Source: Pseudomonadota bacterium (GTDB lineage: Bacteria > Myxococcota > JACRCW01 > JAFGSX01). Taken from it: DNA of 50,620 nt. The notes under the pieces were generated by a model. It did not search any database and was not told the DNA's origin. It worked only from the letters and a program-made list of their open reading frames with translations. Below are positions 19,345 to 28,296 of the stretch, piece by piece (the stretch's first letter is position 1; each line of letters opens with the position of its first letter). The position numbers and the translations under genes are program-made. The DNA lies in the NCBI GenBank assembly GCA_043821645.1, contig JBDRCO010000096.1, positions 1-50,620 of the forward strand. The letters are read 5' to 3'.

Positions 19345-19869
19345 ATGCCCTTCGACTATTACCACCGCCTGAGTCGAGCCCAGCGCGCAACCTATGACCG
19401 CAGCGACGCCATCACCGAGGTCCCCCTGCCCTCGGTGGACCTGCTGCGACCACTGGTGGAGCAGGTCGTGGGCGCGCTGGCCGCAGACCAGCGACGCGAG
19501 GTCGAACGCGGTCTGCAGGCGCTGGCGGATGCCCTGCTCGACCAGCTCGCGGTGCCGCGGCTCCTGGTGAAGGTCAAGGCCGTGCGCCCCTCGGCGCACT
19601 GGGGAGAGCTGCACGGGCTGTACGAGGTGCTCGAGGATGGGAGCGAGCCGCGCCTCACGGTGTGGATGCGCACGGTGGCGCACAGGCGCACGGTGGCGCC
19701 GCGCACCTTCGTGCGCACCGTCGTGCACGAGCTGTGTCACCACCTCGACGGCACCCTGCACGGCCTGGCCGAGACCTTTCACACCGAGGGCTTCTTCAAG
19801 CGCGAATCGAGCTTGGTGAATCAGGTGCTGGGCCCCTCGAGCCGCGGCCGCAAGGTACGCGATTCGTAG
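19345..19869 (+). CDS. Small HExxH zinc metallopeptidase-like protein (SprT/zincin-like)
   Basis: TVVHELCHHLD followed by a third His in ETFHTEGF. Confidence 0.7.
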   Translation: MPFDYYHRLSRAQRATYDRSDAITEVPLPSVDLLRPLVEQVVGALAADQRREVERGLQALADALLDQLAVPRLLVKVKAVRPSAHWGELHGLYEVLEDGSEPRLTVWMRTVAHRRTVAPRTFVRTVVHELCHHLDGTLHGLAETFHTEGFFKRESSLVNQVLGPSSRGRKVRDS

Positions 19870-19956
19870 AAGCAGTACCTCGTTTCGTAGCTCCCCTCGC
19901 AGACGGCGTGCGACGCCCGTGGCATTTTCCGTCGTCACCGCAGCATGTCGAGGTCT

Positions 19957-19972
19957 TGGCACCGCGTTTGCT
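19957..19972 (+). promoter_or_regulatory. Sigma54 (-24/-12) promoter
   Basis: TGGCACCGCGTTTGCT exactly matches TGGCAC-N5-TTGCW, 60 bp upstream of ATG 20033. Confidence 0.75.
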
Positions 19973-20032
19973 CTCTTGGGTCTCGACGCACGCCGGACCC
20001 CAACCAGCCCCGCGCGGCAAGAGGAGAACCCC

Positions 20033-20719
20033 ATGAAGACCACCCGCAACACCCCCTTCGCCATCCTGACTGGCCTCCTGCTTCTCGGCGCTGGCGCCTG
20101 CAGCGAGAACCACGCCTCGCCCGGCGTGGACACAGGCCCCGATGCTCTCGCCCTGCAGGAGGAGATCCTCGATGAGGTCGAGCAGGTGCTGGCACCCTTC
20201 GACCGCGATGGGGACGCGGCCATGCCAGGCATGGCCATCCAGGCCGTCGACGTGATCCCGGTGGAGCCGCGCGTCGAGCCCGAGGCGCCCGCAGCCGAGG
20301 ACCTGATGCCTGGCGTGATCTGGGTCCTGCAGACGGGCCTCAAGCAGACCCCTCAGAGCAGCGGGACCTGGAACGCTGCCCTGACCCGCGGCCAGCGCTT
20401 GCAGGTGGTCAAGGGCTCGCTCACCGACAGCGGTTTCGTGCGCGTGATGTTGCCCGATCTGTCCACGGGCTTCATCCTGGCCGACGACGTGCTGGTGGGT
20501 GAGGTCGAGGAACTGTTCGCCTTCGAGTCGAGCCCTCTCTACGCCGAGCCCGACGCCAAGGCGACCCCCAAGGCCACCCTGCCACTGGGAACGCCGCTCT
20601 TCGTACTCGACAGCCAGGGAAACTTCGTCGAGGTCATGCTGCCCGGCGGCGAGCGCGGGTGGATGCTCAACACCGACCTGGCTCGCGATCCTGAAGAGCT
20701 GACCTCGGCCCGAAGTTGA
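20033..20719 (+). CDS. Lipoprotein with two bacterial SH3-like domains
   Basis: GAGGAG RBS and lipobox GAGA-C. Motifs LTRGQRLQVV..FVRVMLPDLSTGFI and LPLGTPLFVL..FVEVMLPGGERGWM. Confidence 0.75.
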   Translation: MKTTRNTPFAILTGLLLLGAGACSENHASPGVDTGPDALALQEEILDEVEQVLAPFDRDGDAAMPGMAIQAVDVIPVEPRVEPEAPAAEDLMPGVIWVLQTGLKQTPQSSGTWNAALTRGQRLQVVKGSLTDSGFVRVMLPDLSTGFILADDVLVGEVEELFAFESSPLYAEPDAKATPKATLPLGTPLFVLDSQGNFVEVMLPGGERGWMLNTDLARDPEELTSARS

Positions 20720-20764
20720 CAGGCTGCTGGCTCGCCCCGCCCGCTCGAGAACGTTCCCCCGCCA

Positions 20765-21517
20765 TCACCCGACCTCGTCGCTGCGATCCCCCGCGGCGGC
20801 CGGATCGCCACCATAGAAGCTCTGCAGAAGGGCATAGAGCTCGGGTGTGCGCTTCTGCATCTGCCGCGGCTTCTCGAAAAAGCTCTCGGTGGCGACGGCA
20901 AAGAACTCGGCTTCGTTGGTGGCACCGTATGCGCGCATGACTTTGCGCAAGTCGCGCCGCCCGCCACGAAGCCGGGTGTAATGCAGGGCCATGATCCGCG
21001 CCCAGGGCCCGTAGTGACGCAATCGCGGCAGCACGGGTGTGCCATCAAAGGCGCCGTCCGCGTTGTCCAGCACGTGGGCAAACTCGTGCGTTGCCGTGTC
21101 GTGGCCGTCCTCGACATTCGCCAGGCCACGTTGCACCGCGTTCCAGGACAGCACCACCGTGCCCCAGTGGCGGGCTTCGCCGAGGATCGCACCATCACGA
21201 TCCGGGTGCTGGTAGGAATCCGGGTAGACCACGATCTCGCTGAGGTGATCGAAGTCGGACAGATCCCGGTGCAACACCAGGCGGGCTGCCGTGGCCGCAA
21301 TCACGACGCGGATCTCGTCACTGAGCTCGAGTCCACCGGCACCTTCCCAGTGCTTGTCCCACACGAACACCTTGACCAGCTCGGCGAGACGCGTGCGCTC
21401 TTCGCCAGAAAGCCCGGCGACGAAGGGCACCTTGAGGTCCAGGATGGCCTGCCACTCGACCGGCATGGGTCGTCGCGCCAGCCGCCGCCGACGCCATGCA
21501 GAAAGGAGTCCGAACAT
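20765..21517 (-). CDS. mtfA: Zinc-dependent peptidase, M90/MtfA family
   Basis: IVVYP, GEA..WGTVVLSW, HEFAH, YGATNEAEFFAVATESFFEKP. Confidence 0.88.
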   Translation of the reverse strand: MFGLLSAWRRRRLARRPMPVEWQAILDLKVPFVAGLSGEERTRLAELVKVFVWDKHWEGAGGLELSDEIRVVIAATAARLVLHRDLSDFDHLSEIVVYPDSYQHPDRDGAILGEARHWGTVVLSWNAVQRGLANVEDGHDTATHEFAHVLDNADGAFDGTPVLPRLRHYGPWARIMALHYTRLRGGRRDLRKVMRAYGATNEAEFFAVATESFFEKPRQMQKRTPELYALLQSFYGGDPAAAGDRSDEVG

Positions 21518-21576
21518 GGCATCAGGCTATCACGCCTGGGCAGGACACGGACGCGCCGCGAACGGGGAGCACCGGC

Positions 21577-23184
21577 TCAGCCGCTCTGCTTGAACAGGAA
21601 GGGATAGTTGACGACGACGATCCCTCCGCCCCGGGGCTTGGGAAAGCGCCAGCCATGTACCTTGCGCGCGATGCAGCTCTCGACCGCAGTGCTGTCCAGC
21701 GAAGACTCGGCGACGCTGGCACTGGAGACCCGCCCGGTACCGGCGATGATGAAGCGCACCACCACCTTGCCGTGCAGGCCAGGGTTGGCCGCCAGCTCGT
21801 GGGTGTAGCAGTAACGGATCTGGGCGATGTTGTCGGCGATGACCTGGCGGATCAGTTCTTTGTCGAGGGCGCCGGACAGCACCTGCACGCCCTGAGATAC
21901 CTCGATGTCGCGCTGCGTGCGCGGGCGCAGGCCACCACCGCCGTCGCCGTAGTCCAGGTTGCCATCGCCGTGGCCGGCAGTGCGAATGGAACCGACGCCA
22001 AAGGTATCGGTCGAGGTGCCGTTGCCCCCGGGCCCATGTCCTCGTGCGCCCAGACCCTCGAAGCCGCCGCTGTCTCCGACCCGCGCTCCGGTCACCCCGC
22101 CGAGAGCGCTGACCAGCTCACCACCAAGGTCGCTACCGAGCACGCTGCCCACCCCGAGCCCCCCGCCCCTGGCCCCGAACATCTGACTCAGGGCGCGCTG
22201 CACGGTCTGCTCGTTGGTGGGTCGCGGACCCTTGCTGGCCATGCGCTTTCCCGTGTCCGGTGCGTCGCGCCGACCGGCCTGTCCCTCGTCACCGACGTGG
22301 CGAGCGGAGCTCGCGCTGCGCTGCTCCTGCATCAACCGCGTGAGCAGGGGGCTGGACCTGTCCTGGGGTGGGTTGAGCACGAACTGCGCGAAGCGATTGG
22401 GCTGGGCAAACAGACTCTCCTCGAGCGATGTCGTGTCGTAGGGATACAGCGCGGCCGTGGCGAAGAAGCCGACGTGAACGAACAGCGAGACGACAAAGAG
22501 GTTGAGCCAGCTGTAGTTGATGCCCTGCCAGGGATGGCTGCGGAGGGCGGCTGGTCGCGCCACGAAACGGAGCTGAAGCGTGATGCCACCCTGCTCCACC
22601 GTGGTCAATGAATCGAGAGTCAGTGGAATCTGCCGGCAGCCAGGATGATCGGGATCTGGCAGACCATCGACCGCACTCAGGGCTTGCTCGACCCCGTCCC
22701 GCAGCATTCGACCCTCGAGCTGCGGCGTGCAGGTCAGATAACTCTCGCCAGCCACGTGGCGGATGAGAGGAAAGCAATCGCTGGGCAAGCCCTCGCTCGA
22801 CAGCACGACGCTGGCCCGGCTGTTCTCGCCCACGGTGATGGTCGCGGGAGCGGCCACATGCCGCACGTCGAGCAGATGGTCGTGCCACAGCGTGGCCAGC
22901 TCGAGCACGGCGTTGTGTTCGCCGAGCGCGTCCTCGGGTTCGATGAACACGCCGGCCAGCTCGCCAAAGGGATCGAACCACTCCGGGCAAGGCGCGGTGG
23001 CCAGCGGAGGCACCAGGGCTGCGCCAGAGACCCCTGGAGCGGACAGCGCGGCTGCCACCCCGGGGGAGATCGACTCCTCGACGAGAGCTGCCGGAGCAGG
23101 AACTTCTGCTGCACGCGATGGCTCCAAGCTCGGGCACACGGCGGCAACTCCCAGCGCTGGCTGGGTCTTCGGGGTCGGGCTCAT
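21577..23184 (-). CDS. TonB-like protein with an AgmX/PglI (GltG-type) C-terminal domain
   Basis: N-terminal FHA-like region, a single TM with SLFVH, a Gly-rich linker, and C-terminal IRYCY..EL...PGLHGKVVVRF.I...FPKPRGGGIVVVNYPF. Confidence 0.85.
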   Translation of the reverse strand: MSPTPKTQPALGVAAVCPSLEPSRAAEVPAPAALVEESISPGVAAALSAPGVSGAALVPPLATAPCPEWFDPFGELAGVFIEPEDALGEHNAVLELATLWHDHLLDVRHVAAPATITVGENSRASVVLSSEGLPSDCFPLIRHVAGESYLTCTPQLEGRMLRDGVEQALSAVDGLPDPDHPGCRQIPLTLDSLTTVEQGGITLQLRFVARPAALRSHPWQGINYSWLNLFVVSLFVHVGFFATAALYPYDTTSLEESLFAQPNRFAQFVLNPPQDRSSPLLTRLMQEQRSASSARHVGDEGQAGRRDAPDTGKRMASKGPRPTNEQTVQRALSQMFGARGGGLGVGSVLGSDLGGELVSALGGVTGARVGDSGGFEGLGARGHGPGGNGTSTDTFGVGSIRTAGHGDGNLDYGDGGGGLRPRTQRDIEVSQGVQVLSGALDKELIRQVIADNIAQIRYCYTHELAANPGLHGKVVVRFIIAGTGRVSSASVAESSLDSTAVESCIARKVHGWRFPKPRGGGIVVVNYPFLFKQSG

Positions 23185-23228
23185 GCCTGTCTCCTCGGAA
23201 ATACGGCGATGGGGCCGCTGTCTCAGAA

Positions 23229-23256
23229 CCGACAGTGCTGGGCTGTCAGAAGTTCC
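23229..23256 (-). promoter_or_regulatory. Possible ECF-sigma promoter (GGAACTT-N16-GTCGG)
   Basis: RpoE-type -35 GGAACTT and a GTC -10 upstream of the GltG-like gene on the minus strand. Confidence 0.35.
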
Positions 23257-23376
23257 CTCGGCGATCGAGCACAGGCGCAGGGCTGGTCACGGTGGGCGGG
23301 TGGACCTGAGAAAGCTTGAAGTGCCCGGCCCTGCGTTTCACCTGGAGTGGAGTTCCGCGCAGGACATCCCGAGGGC

Positions 23377-24315
23377 TCAGCCCTGGGTGCCCAGGGCCTG
23401 CTGGATGGCCTGCTCGAAGGCCTCGACGGGTTGGGCGCCGCTGAGCAGCTCACCGTTGATGAAGAAGGCGGGGGTGCCATCGACACCCTGCTTGCCACCC
23501 TCCTCCATCATGCGATCCACGAATCCCACCGCAGCCTTGTGCGACGCGCTGGCCTCGTCGGTGAAGCAGGCCTTGAAGGCGTTCATGTCCAGGCCGCTGC
23601 CGTCGAGGTAGACCAGGGTCTTGTCCTGCACATTCTCCGGGGTCAGATCGCCTTGATTCTTGAAGTAGGCGTCATACAGCGCCCAGTGTGCCTCGGGTTT
23701 CTGCTGCGCCGCGCAGTGGGTCGCGATGGAAGCCGGGCGTGCCCAGGGATGGAAGGGCAGAGGGTAAGGCAGGAACACCAGCTTGACCTTGTCGGCGTGC
23801 TTGGCCAGGACCTGCTCGGCGGTCTCGTAGCCCCGCTTGCAGAAGGGGCACTGGTAGTCGCTGAATTCGATGATGGTGACGGGCGCATCGGCCTTGCCAC
23901 GCACCGGCTGCCCCTGGATCAAGCCGGCCAGGGCCGCCTGCTTCTCGGCGCGCTTCTTGGCGTTCTCGGAGGCCAGATCGGCGGGGGAGCGGCTGACGTC
24001 GATGGGGCCCTCGACCACCATGTACAGGGCCTTGTCGTCGGGGGTCAGCAGCAGCAACTGCTTTTGTGGCCCCCGCGGCGTGTTGATGTTCATCTCGACC
24101 TGGTCCATCCCGTTGGCCGCCGAGGTGAAGTCACCAAGCTCCGGGTTGAGCGTGGCCAGCTGCGGGTAGCGCGCCTTGAGATTGGCCAGCACCTTGTCCT
24201 TGCGCTCGGCTGAGTTGTTGACCTTGGGCGCGGTGTTGCCGTTGCTGCTGGTCGTGGCGTGACAGGCGACCAGTGCCAGGGAGAGCACCGCCGCGAGGAC
24301 GTGGATGCGACGCAT
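23377..24315 (-). CDS. DsbA-family thiol-disulfide oxidoreductase lipoprotein
   Basis: Lipobox LVA-C. RGKADAPVTIIEFSDYQCPFC, PLPFHPWA, GVDGTPAFFING. Confidence 0.9.
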   Translation of the reverse strand: MRRIHVLAAVLSLALVACHATTSSNGNTAPKVNNSAERKDKVLANLKARYPQLATLNPELGDFTSAANGMDQVEMNINTPRGPQKQLLLLTPDDKALYMVVEGPIDVSRSPADLASENAKKRAEKQAALAGLIQGQPVRGKADAPVTIIEFSDYQCPFCKRGYETAEQVLAKHADKVKLVFLPYPLPFHPWARPASIATHCAAQQKPEAHWALYDAYFKNQGDLTPENVQDKTLVYLDGSGLDMNAFKACFTDEASASHKAAVGFVDRMMEEGGKQGVDGTPAFFINGELLSGAQPVEAFEQAIQQALGTQG

Positions 24316-24554
24316 GAGCTTGTCCTTTCTGAACTCCGCGGCCTGCGGTCGACGACAGGTCGAGCCGGTCCGCGTTCAGGTGCGACCTGTATATAACTCC
24401 GCCCTGGCCCGGGCCAGTGCCTTGCGCGTCCACGACCACCCGCGGCGTCACAGACAGCGTTGATTGCAGCAGCATCTCGCATTGGCATGTCCCTCCCGGT
24501 CCGGTACAACAACGCTCCCACCTCGACTTCGAGGCCGGGGGCACAAGTGCATGC

Positions 24555-25283
24555 ATGACGACGATCGTGTTGCTGGCCGCAGTGGTCGCGCTCGCCCACA
24601 TGGTGGAGACCATGACCGGCTTCGGCGCCACGGTCATCGCCCTGGCGCTGGGTGTGCATCTGCTTCCCCTGGAGCAGCTGCTACCGTCGCTGGTCGCGGT
24701 CGGCCTGGTGCAGAGCACCTACCTCGTGTCGCGCCACCGCCGCCACATCGCCTGGCCGGTGCTGTTGCACCGAATCCTGCCGCTGGCCGGTCTCGGGCTC
24801 GCCATCGGCGCGACCCTGTTCTACCTGCTGGCTGCTCCCGCGCTACAGACCCTGCTCGGCGTGTTCGTGATCGGGGTTGCAAGCTACCGGCTGTGGCAGC
24901 TGTGGCGCGACGCCACGCCCACATCCCCGCAGTCCTTGCCCGTGGCCGCTGCCCTGCTCATCGGAGGTGGCTTCTTCCACGGGCTTTTCGCCTCGGGAGG
25001 TCCCCTCATCGTGACCTACGCGGCGCGCGCCATCCCTGACAAAGCAGCGTTCCGGGTCACTCTGTCCAGCCTGTGGTTGACCTTGAGCGGTATCCTGCTG
25101 ATCACCTATGCGTGGACTGGAAGGCTGGACCAGGGACGGTTGCAGACAGCCCTGTACCTGCTGCCCGGTCTGCTGGTGGGCATCGTCGCTGGCGAACTGT
25201 TGCACCAGCGGGTGCCTGAACGCGGCTTTCGCATCGCCGTCCAGGTCCTGCTGCTGGCCACCGGAGTGGTGCTGCTGACATGA
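24555..25283 (+). CDS. TauE/SafE (TSUP) family membrane transporter
   Basis: TGFGA motif in the first half, GLFASGGP in the second half, about 8 hydrophobic helices. Confidence 0.85.
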   Translation: MTTIVLLAAVVALAHMVETMTGFGATVIALALGVHLLPLEQLLPSLVAVGLVQSTYLVSRHRRHIAWPVLLHRILPLAGLGLAIGATLFYLLAAPALQTLLGVFVIGVASYRLWQLWRDATPTSPQSLPVAAALLIGGGFFHGLFASGGPLIVTYAARAIPDKAAFRVTLSSLWLTLSGILLITYAWTGRLDQGRLQTALYLLPGLLVGIVAGELLHQRVPERGFRIAVQVLLLATGVVLLT

Positions 25284-25298
25284 GAAGGTGAGCGCTGG

Positions 25299-26411
25299 AT
25301 GAGCAGCCTGCAGATCCTCGCCCTCGCGCTGATTCCAGCTCCCGTGCTGTGGCTGGAGAAGCGCGTGCGCGCCGTGCGCACCCTGGGTGCGGTGCTGGTC
25401 TGCTACGCCGTGGGCATCGCTCTCGCCAACACGCCGGGCTTGCACCTGGTTCGCCAGGCCTCGCTGGACCTGTGCGGCGTGGCCATCGCCCTGGCCATTC
25501 CCCTGCTGCTGCTCAGCCTCGACGTGATGCGCTGGTTGCGCTTCGCCCGCCCGACCCTGCTCTCCTTCGGGCTGATCCTGCTCAGTGTGGTCATCATGAG
25601 TGGCCTGGCCTTTGCCTTGCTCGGCTCGCGCATCGCCCATGGCGCCGACGTGGCAGGCATGCTGGTTGGCGTCTACACCGGGGGCACACCCAACATGGCA
25701 GCCATCGGTACCGCCCTGGGCGTGCCGGGTGAGACCTTCGTCATGCTCAATGCCGCCGACATCCTGACCGCGGCGATCTACCTGCCTTATCTGCTGGCGC
25801 TGGCTCCACGGCAGTGGGCTCGCCTGCTGCCACCGACCCCGCGCATCGCCCCGGACGCCGAGACCACGGCCAGCACGAGTCCGAAAATCGGACAGCGGGT
25901 GAACCAGGCGTGGCGCGGCCTGCTGCTGGCGATCGCCGCCCTGGGAGCGAGCTGGCTTCTCTCGCACGCATTGCCGGGGTTGCCCCAGGAAACCGTGGTC
26001 CTGCTCGGGGTCACCAGCCTGGCCATTGCCCTGTCCTTTGTACCGGCGGTGCGCCGCCTCGAGGCGAGCCAGGATCTCGGTCAGTACCTGCTGCTGGTGT
26101 TCTGCGTGGCCATCGGAAGCACCTCGGACTTCAGCCAGGTACAGGCCTCCTCTCTGGTGCTGCTGGGCTTCGTGGCCCTGGTCATGTTCGGTTCGGTGCT
26201 GTTGCACCTGCTGCTGGCCACCCTCTTGCGTATCGATCGTGATACGGTCATCGTGACGTCGACCGCAGCCATCTTCGGGCCTGCCTTCGTGGGCCCCGTG
26301 GTCCTGGCCGTCGACAATCGTGAGATGATGATCTCGGGTGTGGCCACCGGACTCGTGGGTTTCGCAGTCGGCAATTACCTGGGACTGGGTATGGCCTGGC
26401 TGCTGTCGTGA
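25299..26411 (+). CDS. DUF819 family membrane protein
   Basis: LAIPLLL, GVYTGGTPNMAAI, STAAIFGP, GFAVGNYLG. Confidence 0.85.
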   Translation: MSSLQILALALIPAPVLWLEKRVRAVRTLGAVLVCYAVGIALANTPGLHLVRQASLDLCGVAIALAIPLLLLSLDVMRWLRFARPTLLSFGLILLSVVIMSGLAFALLGSRIAHGADVAGMLVGVYTGGTPNMAAIGTALGVPGETFVMLNAADILTAAIYLPYLLALAPRQWARLLPPTPRIAPDAETTASTSPKIGQRVNQAWRGLLLAIAALGASWLLSHALPGLPQETVVLLGVTSLAIALSFVPAVRRLEASQDLGQYLLLVFCVAIGSTSDFSQVQASSLVLLGFVALVMFGSVLLHLLLATLLRIDRDTVIVTSTAAIFGPAFVGPVVLAVDNREMMISGVATGLVGFAVGNYLGLGMAWLLS

Positions 26412-26424
26412 TCGAGGGAGGATC

Positions 26425-28296
26425 ATGCGTTCGGGTTTGACCCTGCTACTCGTCGTCGTGCTCGGCCTGGCCGCCTGCGAGGATCTCCAGCCGCCACCCA
26501 CCTTCGAGGTCATGGAGCTGCGGGGGAGCGACTACGACCGTGGTTTTGCCCACGGCCAGCGCTTCTCGTCCAAGATCCGATCGTTTTACACGCAGATGCT
26601 GACCACCTCGCTGCTGCCCTTCCTCAACCGCGAGCAGCCTGACATCGCGTCTGTTCTTCTCACCTACCAGGACCCCATCTACGCCGACGGCACCTTCTCC
26701 TACCAGATGCTGCTGCGCAGCGGGATAGAGCTCGAGGCCGACATCCCCCAGCCCTATCTCGACGAGATGCACGGCATCGCTGACGGCGCCGGTCTCGACT
26801 ACAAGATCGTGCTCATCCTCAACACCTTCCTCGACACCATGGTGGGCATGCGCAGCATCACCTTCTTCATCCGCAAGACCCAGGCCCCGGAGTTGCTGCG
26901 CCTGTACGTCGACGCTGATCTCGCTCACGACGGCATCGACAATGACGGCGACGGGGCCGTGGACCAGCCCGGCGAGGGCGTGCTCGACCCCTTCATGCCC
27001 AGCCGTCACGCCTCTCTGGTGGGTGTACCGCCCTCCAGCGCGGTGGTCCTCGAATTCGAGGACGCGGACGGGGTCCGGGCCGAAGGGATCCGCATCCTGC
27101 ATGACCAGACCCTGTACGTGGCAAGCGATCCTGCCATGCAGCACGAGGTCTTCGGGGACCAGGGACAGGGGCTCCGTGTGCGCTTCGCGCCTCCGGGCGG
27201 CTTTGCACCGGGACGCGCTCACACCCTGCAGATCTCCGCCGGTGACCGCAGCTGGGTCACGGATCCCCCTCCCGCGAGGGCGCGCCAGGCCCGCGACCAG
27301 CGCATCGTGTTCACCACTGCTGGCGACGGACGCGCCCCGCACGAGGTCGAGAACCGCGGCTTCGATGACGGGCGCAGCCAGCCGCCCTCGATCAGCTTCG
27401 CCTTGCGTGGCAGCGCCACACTCGACGGAGAACCCCTGCTGGCCCAGCACTTCGGGCTGCTCGACAGCAACACCTCGCACAAGCACGCGGTGATGTTTGT
27501 GCACTACCCGGAGCAGGGCATGCCCCATGCCACCCTGGGCTGGGCGGGCATCGTGTCCGGCTTCACCGGCGTCAACCAGGCCGGCCTGGGCCTGGCTGTC
27601 AACATGTCCGATACCCTCGACAACCCGATGGTCGACGAGTTCCGGCGCCTGCTGGTGGCGGCGGAGCTCAAGTCCAGTGGCATGCCCGTGGGTTTCGTGG
27701 GTCGCGAGGTACTGCGCCAGGCGCACAACGTCGAGGAAGCCCGCGCCATCATCGAACGCATACCCCCCACCTTTGGCTGGAACATCCTGCTCGCGGATGC
27801 CGCGGGCGACATGCGCGCCATCGAGCTGGATGGAGCGATCCTCGGCAGCAGCACCGAGGTGGGCGCGTTCTCGTACACCCCCGATGTCACGGATCCCGGC
27901 AACCTCGATGCCTGGGGGCGACCTCACGGCAGCGTCGGTCCCGACGATCTGCGCATGGCCAGCCACTTCCAGAAGAACGAGGACGACATCGACTTCTCGG
28001 TGTTCAGCTTCAAGATCCAGGCGCAGCGCACCTGGAGCTCGTTCTACTACCGCTCGCTGCGCTCGTTCTATGAACTCGGCGACGTGCTGGCGGATCGCTA
28101 TGGCGCCGTCGATGCCGAGGGCGCCCAGCGGATCCTGTCGCTACCCGTGCTCGTCGACCAGCGCGACAGCATGTTCGCTGCAGTCCTCGAACCCTCGCGC
28201 ATGCGCTGGCACGTGGCCATGGGCCAGGTCCCGGCAACCTCCGCGCCCTTTCGCAGCTACGACCTGCGCGCCCTGCTCGGGGAGCCTGCGCCATGA
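26425..28296 (+). CDS. Lipoprotein of the peptidase C45 / Ntn-hydrolase family with atypical active-site residues and an inserted Ig-like domain
   Basis: GGAGG RBS and lipobox LAA-C. ELRGSDYDRGFAHG, EMHGIADGAG, SFALRGSATLDG, GVNQAGL, WNILLADA. Confidence 0.8.
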   Translation: MRSGLTLLLVVVLGLAACEDLQPPPTFEVMELRGSDYDRGFAHGQRFSSKIRSFYTQMLTTSLLPFLNREQPDIASVLLTYQDPIYADGTFSYQMLLRSGIELEADIPQPYLDEMHGIADGAGLDYKIVLILNTFLDTMVGMRSITFFIRKTQAPELLRLYVDADLAHDGIDNDGDGAVDQPGEGVLDPFMPSRHASLVGVPPSSAVVLEFEDADGVRAEGIRILHDQTLYVASDPAMQHEVFGDQGQGLRVRFAPPGGFAPGRAHTLQISAGDRSWVTDPPPARARQARDQRIVFTTAGDGRAPHEVENRGFDDGRSQPPSISFALRGSATLDGEPLLAQHFGLLDSNTSHKHAVMFVHYPEQGMPHATLGWAGIVSGFTGVNQAGLGLAVNMSDTLDNPMVDEFRRLLVAAELKSSGMPVGFVGREVLRQAHNVEEARAIIERIPPTFGWNILLADAAGDMRAIELDGAILGSSTEVGAFSYTPDVTDPGNLDAWGRPHGSVGPDDLRMASHFQKNEDDIDFSVFSFKIQAQRTWSSFYYRSLRSFYELGDVLADRYGAVDAEGAQRILSLPVLVDQRDSMFAAVLEPSRMRWHVAMGQVPATSAPFRSYDLRALLGEPAP

